A stretch of DNA of 64,000 bases from Geosiphon pyriformis uo1. Its lineage: Eukaryota; Fungi; Glomeromycota. Location of the stretch: the NCBI GenBank assembly GCA_016748015.1, contig JAAOMT010000762.1, forward strand, positions 496,001-560,000, in the 5' to 3' direction. Positions 39,070 to 51,435 of the stretch are shown one piece after another (the stretch's first letter is position 1; every line of letters begins with the position of its first letter). Under the pieces are notes generated by a model. The model did not search any database. It was not told the DNA's origin and saw nothing but the letters and a program-made list of their open reading frames with translations. Position numbers and translations under genes: made by a program.

Positions 39070-40030
39070 TACAACAGGAATTTATCTATTAAAAATTGTT
39101 TTATTTGCTATTTCGTTTATTCATCTTATCTTGGTACTTTAAAAAAGCCAAAAATGTTTTTATGTTCTCTTCTTCTCATTCTGTTAGCATTGTCGTCTGA
39201 AACTAAGAATCTTATATCAGTGTTTAAACATAATAAAATAAAGCAAGGATATGAAATATCTTTGATGAAAAAATACACTACCCAGAAAAAAGTCATGAGA
39301 CACATTACATTTTTGTTGCTTTGTGTCATGAAAATGATAAAATTTTTATTTATAAAGAGTAAAGAGTGTATTAAAATTATAAAACAAAAATATAATAATC
39401 ATATTTATCTTGAGATCAACACAATAATTTGCCGACATCTTTATTAATTATAATGGATTTTCAAAACATCCAAAATTAAATGAAAAGAATTAATTAATTT
39501 GAGCATATAAAGGTTATTATTCTCTTAAAAGAAAGAAAACCTGTACGTAAAATATCAACACAACTCAATTATTCTATATCAAATAAAAAAAAATATTTTC
39601 TCATTGTAAAAAAACCAATAATATTCAATCTATACTAAGAAGTCGTAAACCTTCTTTTTTAATAAAAAATATTCCAAAAAATATTCTCAAAGAAATTCAA
39701 AAACATTAAATTGGTTTGGATATATTGAACTATTAAAAAACCATTTATTACCATCGACTTAGCACAAATTTAAATATCAACATTGTTTTTTTAAACAAGA
39801 TAATGCTCTAGTTTATGCTGCTCAAGATGTCAAGACTTACATAATTCAAAAAAAATCTTAATTTACTTCTCAAATGGCAAGCACAATCACCCAATCTTAA
39901 TCCTATTATTAGTATGATTAAATGCATTAAGGAATGTATTAGGAAGAAAAGAGGACTAACTAGTTATTAAATATTAACTAAAATAAAGAGTTATTCAAGA
40001 ATCAATAAAGTGTCCTTAAGTTGTTTTTGT
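39070..40030 (+). mobile_element. Decayed Tc1/mariner-type transposase remnant
   Basis: caagataatgctctagtttat (QDNAL, ~39796) and tggcaagcacaatcacccaatcttaatcctatt (WQAQSPNLNPI, ~39875). TIRs not found; boundaries approximate. Confidence 0.65.
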
Positions 40031-40253
40031 AAACATGTAAATATCAATACGTAAACATACACAAAATGACTAAGAATAATCTTATCTATTGTATAGAATG
40101 CAATTACTATTTCTTCTAAAGTAAAATTAATAAATAATTAATAAAAGTCTAGATGATAAAATTTAAAATCATTTAAACTAAAAATTATTAGGGAATACGT
40201 TATGATTATAATTATCATAAAGTATTTTGAATGAAGATGCCAAATTATCATTT

Positions 40254-42604
40254 TCAACGGATTTGACCTTCTATTTTGAAAACGGATTCTTTTTTTAAAT
40301 GAGGCTTGGTGGGAGTATTAAATACCTTCCAGAATCTTAAAGTATTATCATCACCACCTGACCCTGTGACAATATCTTCACCGTTGGGTGACAAAGAAAG
40401 ATAAAGCACACGGTAGGTGTGTCCCTTCAACGTCGTGATTTTCTTCAATGAAGGATAGTCCCACACAATGATATGATTTTTCCACCATCCGTGAGTTGAA
40501 ACCAATTCGTTCGAGCGTGGAGACCAAGCTAAATTGCAAACCTAAAAATTAAGAAATCGAATTATTCTTCCATCAAATCAAAAAGCAAAAATCCGCTATC
40601 AGAAAACTAACTTGTGATCTGGTATTGATGCTTGATACTAGTTTCCCGTCAAGAGTATTCCAGAATTTTATTTGACGATCTAAATGGCCTCCACCGCTTA
40701 CTAGAAGATTAGGTGCATGGGGGCTCCATGCCAGTGCTCGTACAGCTGCTTTATGACCGTCGAGTTTTTTTATCGGTGTCTGGCCAAAGCGATCCCAAAT
40801 AAAAAGTTCGTTAGCATTTCCACCACTTGCTAATTGATCCCCATCGTTATTCCATTTTAATCCGCAAACCTTAGTGATTATTGAATTTATTAGTGATTTG
40901 CTCACCCTGAAAACCAGGAGTTTCAAAAACGAACGGTCTTTTCTTACCTCTGATTTGTGGCCACACAAATTTCGAATGAAATCCTTTTGACATCTTAGAT
41001 CCCTGTGAAATATGAGCCTGTCGCTACTACCCGAAGTAAGAATATTACCATTCCATACTAAGCAACCTGCATTAATTTATTCGTGAAATTTATGATTTCG
41101 TTTCGAAAATTCATTTTTACAAATGAAAAGCTGATATTAATTGATGGCTCACCAATTCGAGCACAATGACCACTCATGTCCCGAATTTTCATGAGCTTTA
41201 CAGCATCCCACACTTGTACCAGCCCATCGGCTGTGCCTACAGCAATGCAGTCACTCTGTTTTATGGTAAAGAGCAATGTAAATTTTTCTTGATTAAGTCT
41301 ACTTTAAAATTCATCTTACTTCATACCGTAGGGCTCCATTTAGCCGAGGCTATCGTACTTGAATCTTCCAGTTCACAAAGTTTTGTCATCTGCTAAAAGA
41401 TTTTGAATTACTATGTGTAATCCTTTCGAATATCTTAAAGCAAAATATTACTGATTTTCCCGAATTGAGTGGCCATACCTGTGAAGAGCTAGCGTCCCAT
41501 AAATAAACGCTTGTCTCTAATCCCAGGCCAAGAATGTTTTTTGGAGACCAGTCGACCACGTTAAGATAAAAATCATCCTTAATGTTAAATTGATTTGAAT
41601 TTATGTATTTTGGTGACTTTTTATCATAAAATTCGATATATTAATTTTCTATTAGTTTTCGGTAACTAGCCTTCAAAGTCAGCTCATCACAAAAGGCAAG
41701 CATTTGATAAGGTGAGGAATTGATGACACGAGGAGGTTTGTGTGGGGCTCTCAAAATATTCTCCACTTCCTGGGAGAAAGGTGTTGTAGAGTAAGCCATT
41801 CTCGATGGTGTATCTATTACTGTCGTTTTATCTCTTATCGTTGACTGGTAAGCGAATAAATTGGCAGCAATTGAACGGGTATTATCCGAGTTATCACGAG
41901 ATGGAAACATTGCTTTTTCCAGTACATTCAATCGAATATGTTCTAATTCAGCTTTGTGAAAATGAATCTATGAAGATAAAATAATAACTTGGCTTGAAAG
42001 AATTTCAAATTGATTAGTTTGTTTACCTTTAGCTTGCTCTTCCGATTCTAGAGCAGTCTGCCTTCGTTTCTTGGGTTTCGGAGGCTCATTGCAATTTTTT
42101 AACCTCTCAAATTCTCTGAACATATCAGCATTTCTGACTGGTATAAACCTAAAGTGTATTGTAAGTAAAAATAAAATATGAGTTAGATTAAGCTTAGCGT
42201 TCAATACGTTTAATAGTTAAAATTTGTTCTTTTTATAAAGATGAATTGAGAAAATTTTACATATTGGTTTTAAAAGAATTCAACCACACTAAACATCATG
42301 GTTCTCTTGTAATTTATGTACATCAACTTTAGGAGAGATATTTCATATGCAAATTGAACATTCTCAATATTTTTTTAAAAAAAATCTAAGCATTTATCTT
42401 TGGCATGTTACCTTACCGATCACCATGATAGACAGTTGTTCTCTTTCGTTGATTTTTTGATAAAAATGAACCTGAAAGATTTATCGGGGAATAAGAGGAA
42501 TAGCCCGAAATTGGTGAACTCGTATTCACAGGCCTATCATTTTCTTTGGTTCCAGACATTTCTGAGGAGTTACTTGTCGCTAAAAACCCTTCTTGTTGGA
42601 ACAT
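40254..42604 (-). CDS. CDH1: APC/C co-activator of the Cdc20/Cdh1 (fizzy-related) WD40 family, divergent; multi-exon
   Basis: C-box DR/FIPVR formed across intron 42416-42149; DDFYLNVVDWS; GHKSE/VCGLKW; GHKAAVRALAWSPH; GHTYRVLYLSLSP; C-terminal IR tail (GQIR*). Orthology to CDH1 rather than a paralogue is not certain. Confidence 0.88.
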
Positions 42605-43037
42605 TTTTACGATATAGGGTAAGTTTTTAAATAAGTAAAGATTTTTATGAGTAAGATTAAAATATATTAATTAGGTAAAAAAAGTTGCTTAATTTTTTAG
42701 TGTTTTTATGCTAGAATAATAATACACTTCATGAATGAATGAATTAACAGGTGTTCTTTGATTTGTGCGAGAAATCATGTTCATTTATCAGCAGAACTAT
42801 GAAAAAGTCTAAAAAATTGTGTTTTTGATTTGATCGTTAAAAATGCCAGCAGTGATACTTGATAAAGTAGGATTGATTAATTCTTTTTTTTGAAGTTCGA
42901 AAACTTTAATTTATCATATAATAAAGCAATCAAAAATGCGGCTAGAAACATTTTAATATAGAACAAGTAGAAAAAAATTTTGAATTAATTTACACCATTG
43001 ATATCAAGTTTATGATTGATAAATTTAATAATCAGAA

Positions 43038-44300
43038 ATGAATATCAGACGGATTAGAATGCAGTTTTGTTATAATTATGATTCATTATACGTTTTCGGC
43101 TTCAATTCTTCTTTAAATGAAATCCAAAATAATTATTTTCAAAACCTCATAGATTTTATGTATTCAGGATACATACAAATCTTTCTCTACCACTCCGCAT
43201 TACTCAAAGGTGAAGACAAGTCGGCGAAATCTTTCACACAATACTTATGTTTCGATCAGACTTTTGAAGGTTCCTCGAAATATAATAATAGGGATTTGAT
43301 ATTGAATGTCAGGAAATTGGCCAATCTTCAAGCCGCGAGAGTATTGACGCCGTAGATTAATAATTGAGATATTTTCCAGGGCACTTAATCAAGAGGAATA
43401 TTTTGAGAAGAACTCAAAGAACATATTAAAAATGCACTCAAGATGCTTACCTAACTTTAACATGTTTAAGCGCAAGAAACGACGAAAAGAATATGGGACC
43501 ATGTCACGAATACGGAATTAGAGCACCATTAAATGAAAAATGGTTTAATAAAATAAAAAAGCAGCAAAGAAAATAGATTTGACCAAAACTTTCTCTGCTG
43601 CTGTTTCAAACAAGGAAGAGCCTTCCACTGGTATAAAACTGCAACTGGAAATGGGAACATGTAAGGACTTTATAATTACGCAAACTGTTCGAAAATGGAA
43701 TAGGAACCCGAAAAGATTATCAAGAAAATGATCTCGTGGCTCAATTCAAATCGCTACTGTGAAATATGAGAAAACCCCTTTCTATTGGTATAAACGTTCA
43801 GCAGATTGAAAGTCGTGAGGATAAAGATGCTGCTTTTTATTGGTATCAGAAATCGGCTAATGCTAGAAACCAAATAGCACAATCCAATATGATTTGCGTA
43901 CCAGCTTGAGTGGCACGGATAAGAAGTTAATTAAAACTTCTGAATGGTTGGTGTTATCAGAAAAGGCCTGAGAACTGAAGTAGACGAAGAGAAAGGGCTT
44001 GAACGTTATCAAGATCTGCTAATAGTGGAATTTTGTTGAAATTCTGGAATAGACCTACAAAGCCAGTATCATTGGAGAACATGCTATCATCACTCAAGAA
44101 AATTTAAAGGTTGTCTCTATTGGTATAAGAGATCCGTTCACAGCAAAACTACAAGTTGAAGCATTGGCTCAATGTGGCACGTAAGTCGAAGGGAATAAAG
44201 AACTTTTAAAAGAATTTAACCTGCTTTTGAAACCAAGATTTAGCTATTTTCTAGGCATATTATACGCGTATGGCATACGAAAAGCACTGTAAACGGTGGA
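43038..44300 (+). pseudogene. Frameshifted Sel1-repeat pseudogene
   Basis: Fragments FHWYKTA, FYWYKRSA, DKDAAFYWYQKSANARNQIAQSN and EVDEEKG lie in different frames with stops. Confidence 0.7.
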
Positions 44301-44999
44301 ATTTGTGTTATTTAGACTCATTGCGCATAGGTTTGTCTTGTATTGATTTCTTTTTTTCGTCTCGATTATTTTCCCTTACATTTGGAAAATTTAACTTGAA
44401 AGTAAAAGCAGAGAATAAACTTTGTTTACCGAACTTTGTGGAAAATGAATAACTTTGCCAGTTAGAAAAAAGTATTAAATTTTTCATTAATCGAAAGGAT
44501 CGAGTATGAAAACAATATTTCGGCCTGCTAGTACCCAGTCCACGATAAATTAAATGAAAAATATCAGAAGAATGCTCAACAAAAGAATGATATTCTCAAG
44601 CTGAATTCATCAAAGCAAGAAAAAAAAGTGTGAATTAAGCATAATAACAATGAGAAAACCATAAGTATTTAATTGAAAAAAGATGTTGGCTTCGCATGCA
44701 ATAGAAATTATATACACTTCCCGAAATCATAAAATATTATATGTGAAAGAATAATAAAGAAAAATAGCAGAACTCTTGGAAATGGGTGATTTTTTAGTAA
44801 TTTTTTTTGTTAATGTGTAGTTTTTTATTATATTAGTCACACAAACATATTCTTTTTATATATACTTAATGAATACAAAATTTAAAAGATATAACTAACC
44901 ACAAACAGAAAGCTTTAAGTATTATCTTAACATTAATGAAATAAAACATATTCAACTCAGCCATTCTATTTATAATACACAAAAACTTCTAATTATTTT

Positions 45000-47900
45000 T
45001 AGTCAAACTACTTATTTACAAAGTATCTGTTTGTTGATTACAAAATGTCTTTCTTCTTTTTTTCTAAGTTGTCTTCTAAGTTTGTTGTTGGCTCCAAGTC
45101 TTCTATATCTTGTTTTGTTGATAAAAAGTCTTATGTTAAGACTTTTGCTTCTTTGGCTTTTTTTTGCTGCTCTTTTAATTGTTTTTGCTGCTGATTTTGT
45201 TATTAAGTTTAGATTGAATTTTTTAAAGACTTAAATTTTAAGCTTAACTGTTTTAGTAAAATTTATTATTAAGCTTATTGATTTTTTAGTCACTTTTGTT
45301 ACCAGTTTTTTGAATAATATTGTTGATAAAGCTTTTTATAAAGTGTGCTATTAATAATTTTTTCGATTTTCTGATTAGTATTTTTAAGAAAATTGCTGAT
45401 TTTAGATCTGAAATTAATTTTAATTAAATAGATTATAATAGAATACTGACTGCTAAATCTTTTTTTTTGAGCAAAAATACTATTAACCATATTATAGTTT
45501 TGTGATATATGTTAAATTCTAATATTAGTAATAATATTAAATTAACTAAATTGTTTCTTAGTAAGTTTATTTTTAATTTTAGGAACTTAAATAGTATTAT
45601 TGATAAAATTAGTGGTATAAATTTATTTTAGCTTTTTTTGCTTCAATATAGTATTGTTTTAATTGGTTTTAGTAACTAATTATATGTAAAAAATGCATAA
45701 TTCACATTTAGTTTAGATTATTTAGTTTAATGTATTATATTAAGTTGTGTTTAAGTCTTATTTGTTGAACATAATAAAAAATAAAAGAATTTTTTATTGT
45801 TATTTATATTATTATTAAACAATTTTTTAAAATTAATAATATTATATTTTTTTAAAGCATAAAAATTTTATTTTTTAACTTATTAACAATAGTATTAAAA
45901 ATACTTATATGTATTTTTATTGCCAAAATCTTTTTTTTAATATGATATCTACAATAAAAAGAATAAACAGCAACATAGTAATTAATACAACCAAAAAGCC
46001 AATAGACTTAATAATTAATTTAATTAATAAAAACAATTTTTTAATATAAAAACCCAAAAATATTAATTTAAAGATAATAACAAAATTAAAAATAACAACA
46101 ATAACAGAAATAGTTATAAAAACAATATTTTTAATATTATATTTAAATTCAAATCTTTTGGTATTAATACAGGAGGGTATAAAAAGTATTGGACACTTAA
46201 TATAATATATAAAAAAGGTTATATATAATAATACTATTACCAATTTAAGGCATAATTTTTTTTATAATTACTTATAGTTATAATCTACAAATCAACATAA
46301 ATTGTGTTTTTGTAAAACACAACAGTGGATCATATGCATATATATAAAATATCAGACATTCTTGTCATGAAAAAATTTACCACATCAAATGTGTCTTGGA
46401 AAAGAACTTTCTGAATACCAAAAAGAAGGGATTATTTCAACAATAAAGTTAAGACATACAAACAGTAAGATTTCCATGACTATTAGATGTTTATGTTCTT
46501 CTGTAATATGTGTATGGAAGTCATACGAGCTAAAAAAACTTCCTAAAAAATGAATGAGCTGACTACAAATTCTTGACAAATGTGCACGTGAACAACTCAA
46601 ATATTCAATAATAAAGAATAAAAAAATCTGCTGCCAAACTTTTTCTCAAATACAATTGAATTTTATTAAAGATACTAACAAATCTATTTCTATACAAACT
46701 ATTTGAAATGAATTAGCTCAAGAAGAACTTTGCTTGTGCATTCCTCATTTCAAGCCATTAATTTTCAAATCAAATAAAAAAAAATGTTTACAATGGGCTC
46801 GTACTTATGAAAATTAGACAGTAGAAGATTTTAAACAAGTTGTTTGGTCAGATGAATTTATATATACACAATTTAGGACTACAGGATTTGGATGTGTATG
46901 GCGTAAACCTTCCAAAGACTTTCATAAAGATTGTATTGCAGCCACAGTTAGAAAAAGCTTTGGTCGCATGTTTTGGGAATGTTTTTCATGGGTTGGTTTG
47001 GGTCCTTTAGTTCCTTTAGTTGGTCATATTACTGGAGTTATACACTGCAAAACCTTGGCTAATTATGCAATTTCTATGGTAAAACTTCATGCAAAAAAAA
47101 CTAAAAAAAAGTTTTTTTTTCAGGAAGACAATGCACCAATCCACACATTAAAAGTTGTGCATTCTTTTCTTACCTCTTCAAATGTTGAATTACTTCCTTG
47201 GCCAACACAAAGTCTTGATATTACTCCAATAGAAAATCTTTGGTCATATATTGAAGTTAAAATTTGTCAACATAATTCACAACTCTCAAATATTGTACAA
47301 TTAGAACAGTGGGTTAAGGAAGAATGGAATGCGATACCTGTAAATTACTATCATAATTTGATCAAGTCTATGCCACGTCGAGTTCAAGCTATTTTTGAAG
47401 CAAATAGGGGTCAAACAAAATACTAACATGTATTTTAATATAATAATAAAAATTAATGATTCATAAGTTAGTTCTTTTATATAACATATTATAAAAGTGT
47501 CCAATACTTTTTATACTCTCCTGTATTTTTAAAAACTATAAAATTTTAAATAATGACTTTAGAAAAAAAATTTTATAATTAATAATTAATAAATTAAACT
47601 TTAATATCTATAATAATTTTAACAATTAATATTTTTTTATTAAATAAGATATTCGTTTTAATTATAATCTTTTCTATGTTTTTTAAAATTTAAAAATAAT
47701 AACATATTTTAAATATTGAATAAAATTTACAAACTAAGAAATATAATATGTGTAATTATTGGTTTAAGATTAATATTAAAAACAATATAACAAAAAAAAC
47801 TAATTAATTTAATTTTAAATAAATCTTTAAAAATAATAATTTCTCTTTAACTTAACAAAAAAAGAATTTTTTTATTAGCATTTAAAAACAGTTTTAACAT

Positions 47901-49000
47901 TAACCAAAAACTTAAATTAAATAATAGCATATTATTAAACACTAGCAAACTTTAACTTAATATTAATTACTTTATTAAAAACATTAAAATTAGCTTTAAT
48001 ATTGTTTAAAAAAATATTTAAAAAAACATTACAAAAAACAATAACAGCAAAAGCAGAAGCAAAACTCAAATTTACAAAAAACTTAGCAATTTTAAAAATA
48101 GCCAAAAAAAAACCACCAATTTTAATATTAGTAACAATATTTAATATAATTTAAGAAGTAAACTTAATACAAAATAGTTTTATATAATTCTAAAATTAAA
48201 ACATAATCTAACTTGGTTTTAATAAAATACCAAACACAAAAGTAAAAACTATTAGAAAATTTTTAACAACTTGTAACAGTAGTTTAAACACCACTAAAAC
48301 TTAAAACTTCTTGAAAAATAAAAATAAAAACATCTTCAGTATCCATTTTATTCATAATTTGGCAACACATATTGAAACATAATTTGCTTTGCTTCAAAAC
48401 CAATGACAATTGACCAAAATTATATGTTTTAGATAACAATACCAGCTGAATCAGAAGAAACCAAAGCTTTATTTCCCACAAAAAAAAGAAGCTGGCTTCA
48501 AAACAGTATGAGTGCTCTGGGAAACACCGGAAGATACTGAGTCTTCAGATATAACAAAGGGGTAGTTTCGATACTTGCTTGGCTTTTTTAGCCATTTAAG
48601 CAGGTAAAAGAGGAGTGACAGCAAAAGACAGCTTTGACACTGGCTTATTATCGAACACTTTGGGACTCTTGGCGGTGGTGACAGTGGCCACACTAGGACT
48701 GTCCTTAGTGGACTGCTTAGAAAGAACTTTGGGTAAAGAAAGACTTCCACTCAGAGCCAAAAACAGTGCTTTTGAACCAACAGAAAGCTGGTTTGTTTCT
48801 ATTTTATTTAGAGAATGCACTGCCTATGCTAAAAAGAGCCGCTTGAGTGGAAACACTCTTGGGTATATCAGAATAATAGGGGTTGCTTCAAGTTTACTTT
48901 TCTCTTTAGTCGTGGGCATAAAACTTACTATAGGGCGCAGTAAATTTTGTGGTAACGAACTAAGATTTTTCTAGTAATTCCGAGTAAGGTTGGTAAAACG
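45000..49000 (-). mobile_element. LINE ORF1 / 5' region remnant interrupted by a Tc1 element
   Basis: Shares the repeated ORF1 segment (~47790-47900); Ser/Thr/Lys-rich leader at 48500-48950 is less decayed; boundaries approximate. Confidence 0.5.
46170..47523 (+). mobile_element. Tc1/mariner DNA transposon (DD34E), 1354 bp, inactivated transposase
   Basis: 29-bp TIRs CAGGAG(G/A)GTATAAAAAGTATTGGACACTT with one mismatch; TA at 46168-46169 and 47524-47525. Transposase motifs LGKELSEYQK, VWSDE, FQEDNAPIH, SLDITPIE (34 aa between D and E); in-frame stops in the N-terminal half. Confidence 0.95.
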
Positions 49001-49421
49001 AATTCCAGACAAGCGAAATCTTTTCGTTATGTGATGGGTGATATAAAGAGCTTCAGCTATTGGGTCAGTCCGAATATGTAAGAACATATGTCTAGTAAGT
49101 GTTCGTTTTCCATTTGTTTTATAGATCCACTGGAATTGTGTTATAAACGCTGCTCGAAATATAAGGAATATCTTCTTATCTATGAACTCTGCTGCTCATT
49201 TAGGAGAAAAGTTACCATGGATTAATGAACAACCCCTTAGTTTATCTAGGTATAAGACGGGCTGTAGCCTCTATTGGGGATGTGAAATTTGCAGATATAG
49301 GATAGGCTTATTCGTAGTTATTGGGGTTTAAAATGATTAATGAATTAAATATATTTGCAAAAGTGTTGGAAAAAAGCTCGATATATATAATCAAATTGAA
49401 AATTCCAAAAAATCAACGATA

Positions 49422-51087
49422 TCAGGTAATTTTTCGTTCAACCATGTTCTTGAGTGTGGGCTCAAACCTTTGAATCCACCGATTGGGCCAATAAATTCGA
49501 TTTTTATTTCCTGTCTCAGTCATATACTGATTAACCATCTTCCATAATATGGGAATTCCAGGGTAATAGGGATCTTTCGGGTCATTGGCAAGTTCTTGGA
49601 CGATGGTGCCAGTTAACAAAAAATTCATGTACATTTTTGGATCCATGGAGAAAAACCCATGGGACACTAGATCCCATACACAAAAACGGTACTGGACGCT
49701 CTTATCAGCAAAATGCGCGAAATCAAATGCAACAGGGCATTTTTCATCGCCAAGTTTCGCCTGTTTCAAGAGTACCTTGAGTAGATCAACATAAGGATAT
49801 TTGTTTGCAATAATTTTGAGAATTCGATCGTCTTTGTTCATCCAGTTCATGAATTCTATTGTCTTGATTTCTCCTTTTCCAAGAAATGAAAACCTTGCTA
49901 ATTGGTCTAAGCAAATATTAACTAGATGTGGATGACCTTTGGTCATCTGAAAAATCATCTCAGCAATCCCAGAGATGTTTATTTCAAGTCCTTCTTTGCT
50001 CCGAAATTGATAAAGCAGATCTTCTATTTGACCAATTTCAAAATGCAAATTTTGAATGTCAATTATGTCTAATTGAAGGTGGGTAGACTGGTTTCTTGTA
50101 TAAATTTGAGTATCATCGTCGGGATTTGAAGCATACGTTCTTCGTCGTTCCCGTTGTCTGTAACTGTGCTTTATTTTCAATATATACAACATCAGTTGAG
50201 GGCTACCACACAATAGAAATTGAATTCGTGAACCATACTCCATAGCGATATTCATCCGATAATTTTCCAAATAGGTCACAAACTTTTCCACATCTTTAGA
50301 TGCTCGATATTTTATTAAGGTGTCTGCGTCATCGAGAATTATTTGAATTAAAGAGTTGGGAAACTTTTCCTTGAATCCCCTGATTGCCTGCCTCCATTTT
50401 GTTTTACCATGGATTCCTCCCATTTCACACAAATTCTCCCATACTGTATTGAGAAAGGTATCTTGTGAGACATTAAATTCAGCAAGGGAAATGTAAAATG
50501 GATAAACATTTGCTTTTTTCCCTAAAAGATCTTTCGCGGCAAGGAGCGCAGTTGTCTTGCCGGAGGCCAAATGACTGATTAAGACACAGTACTCCTTTTT
50601 GCTAGAAAGAACAGTCCTTGCGATTTCAATTGCCGATTTTGGGGAAAGGCAATAATGAAAAATGGGGTTTGGAGATCCCTCAACACAAAAAGTTTTTTGG
50701 TTTATTTTCCCTGGAACTAATATTTCTTGTTGATATCTCCTAGCTAAATAGATCAAAAATAATGAATCTTCAAGATTATATTGATTGTAAAAACAAACCG
50801 TAAAAGATAATTATACTTTGCATCGCCAGATTGTCAATTAAACGAAGTCCATTAAAACCATTTAATTTTTCATTTACTTTTTCATTACTTGATTCTGCTT
50901 GAATTTGGGGGCTTTTGAAACTTTTATTCGAAGTTCCCGGTGATTTTATTCCTACAGAACTAGTTTCTTGTGAAAAGGGACTTTGCTTTGATGAAAAATT
51001 TTTTAGAAAAAAAAATATAAGACTAGGGAATCTTTTTGACTTTTTTTCAGAAGAAAGCCTTTTTAGCAAGTTTGGAAAATAAACCAT
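49422..51087 (-). CDS. P-loop NTPase (AAA_35/STAND-like), probably 2 exons
   Basis: Walker A SHLASGKTT, Walker B IILDDADTL, sensor FLLCGS, GxP motif MTKGHPHLV. ORF 51087-50776 joins in frame via TAC G|gtttgt...tttag|CT. Confidence 0.8.
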
Positions 51088-51403
51088 TTTTGATGTTAGA
51101 TCAAAAATGTGATGCTAGTCATGCTTAGAATCAGCTTATTAAAAAGAACTTGGCCTTCGATGATCATCTCAAAATCACACCGACAAATTTGTATCACCGT
51201 GAATAATAGTATGTCTAGCTTTTAACATAGTGGGAAAATTGGATGATTACAATAAATAAATAAATAATGTTTATGCATAAAAACGAACCTTAGTGCCATA
51301 ATAGTGAGCCTTATAACCCTGTATAACTGGTGCACCATATGAAAACCTTATATTAAATATAGTTTATGACCACCAAAGAAGCAATATTCCAGAAAGGTAA
51401 CGC

Positions 51404-51435
51404 TTCAACTCACAAGTTTTCACTTGTGAGTTGAA
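51404..51435. repeat. Perfect 14-bp inverted repeat with 4-nt loop
   Basis: ttcaactcacaagt-tttc-acttgtgagttgaa. Confidence 0.9.

Noticed and set aside
45031-46243. Hydrophobic I/L/F/K-rich ORFs here and at 37228, 56117, 59365 and 63383 as membrane proteins
   Set aside because: Compositional artefacts of AT-rich decayed retroelement DNA.
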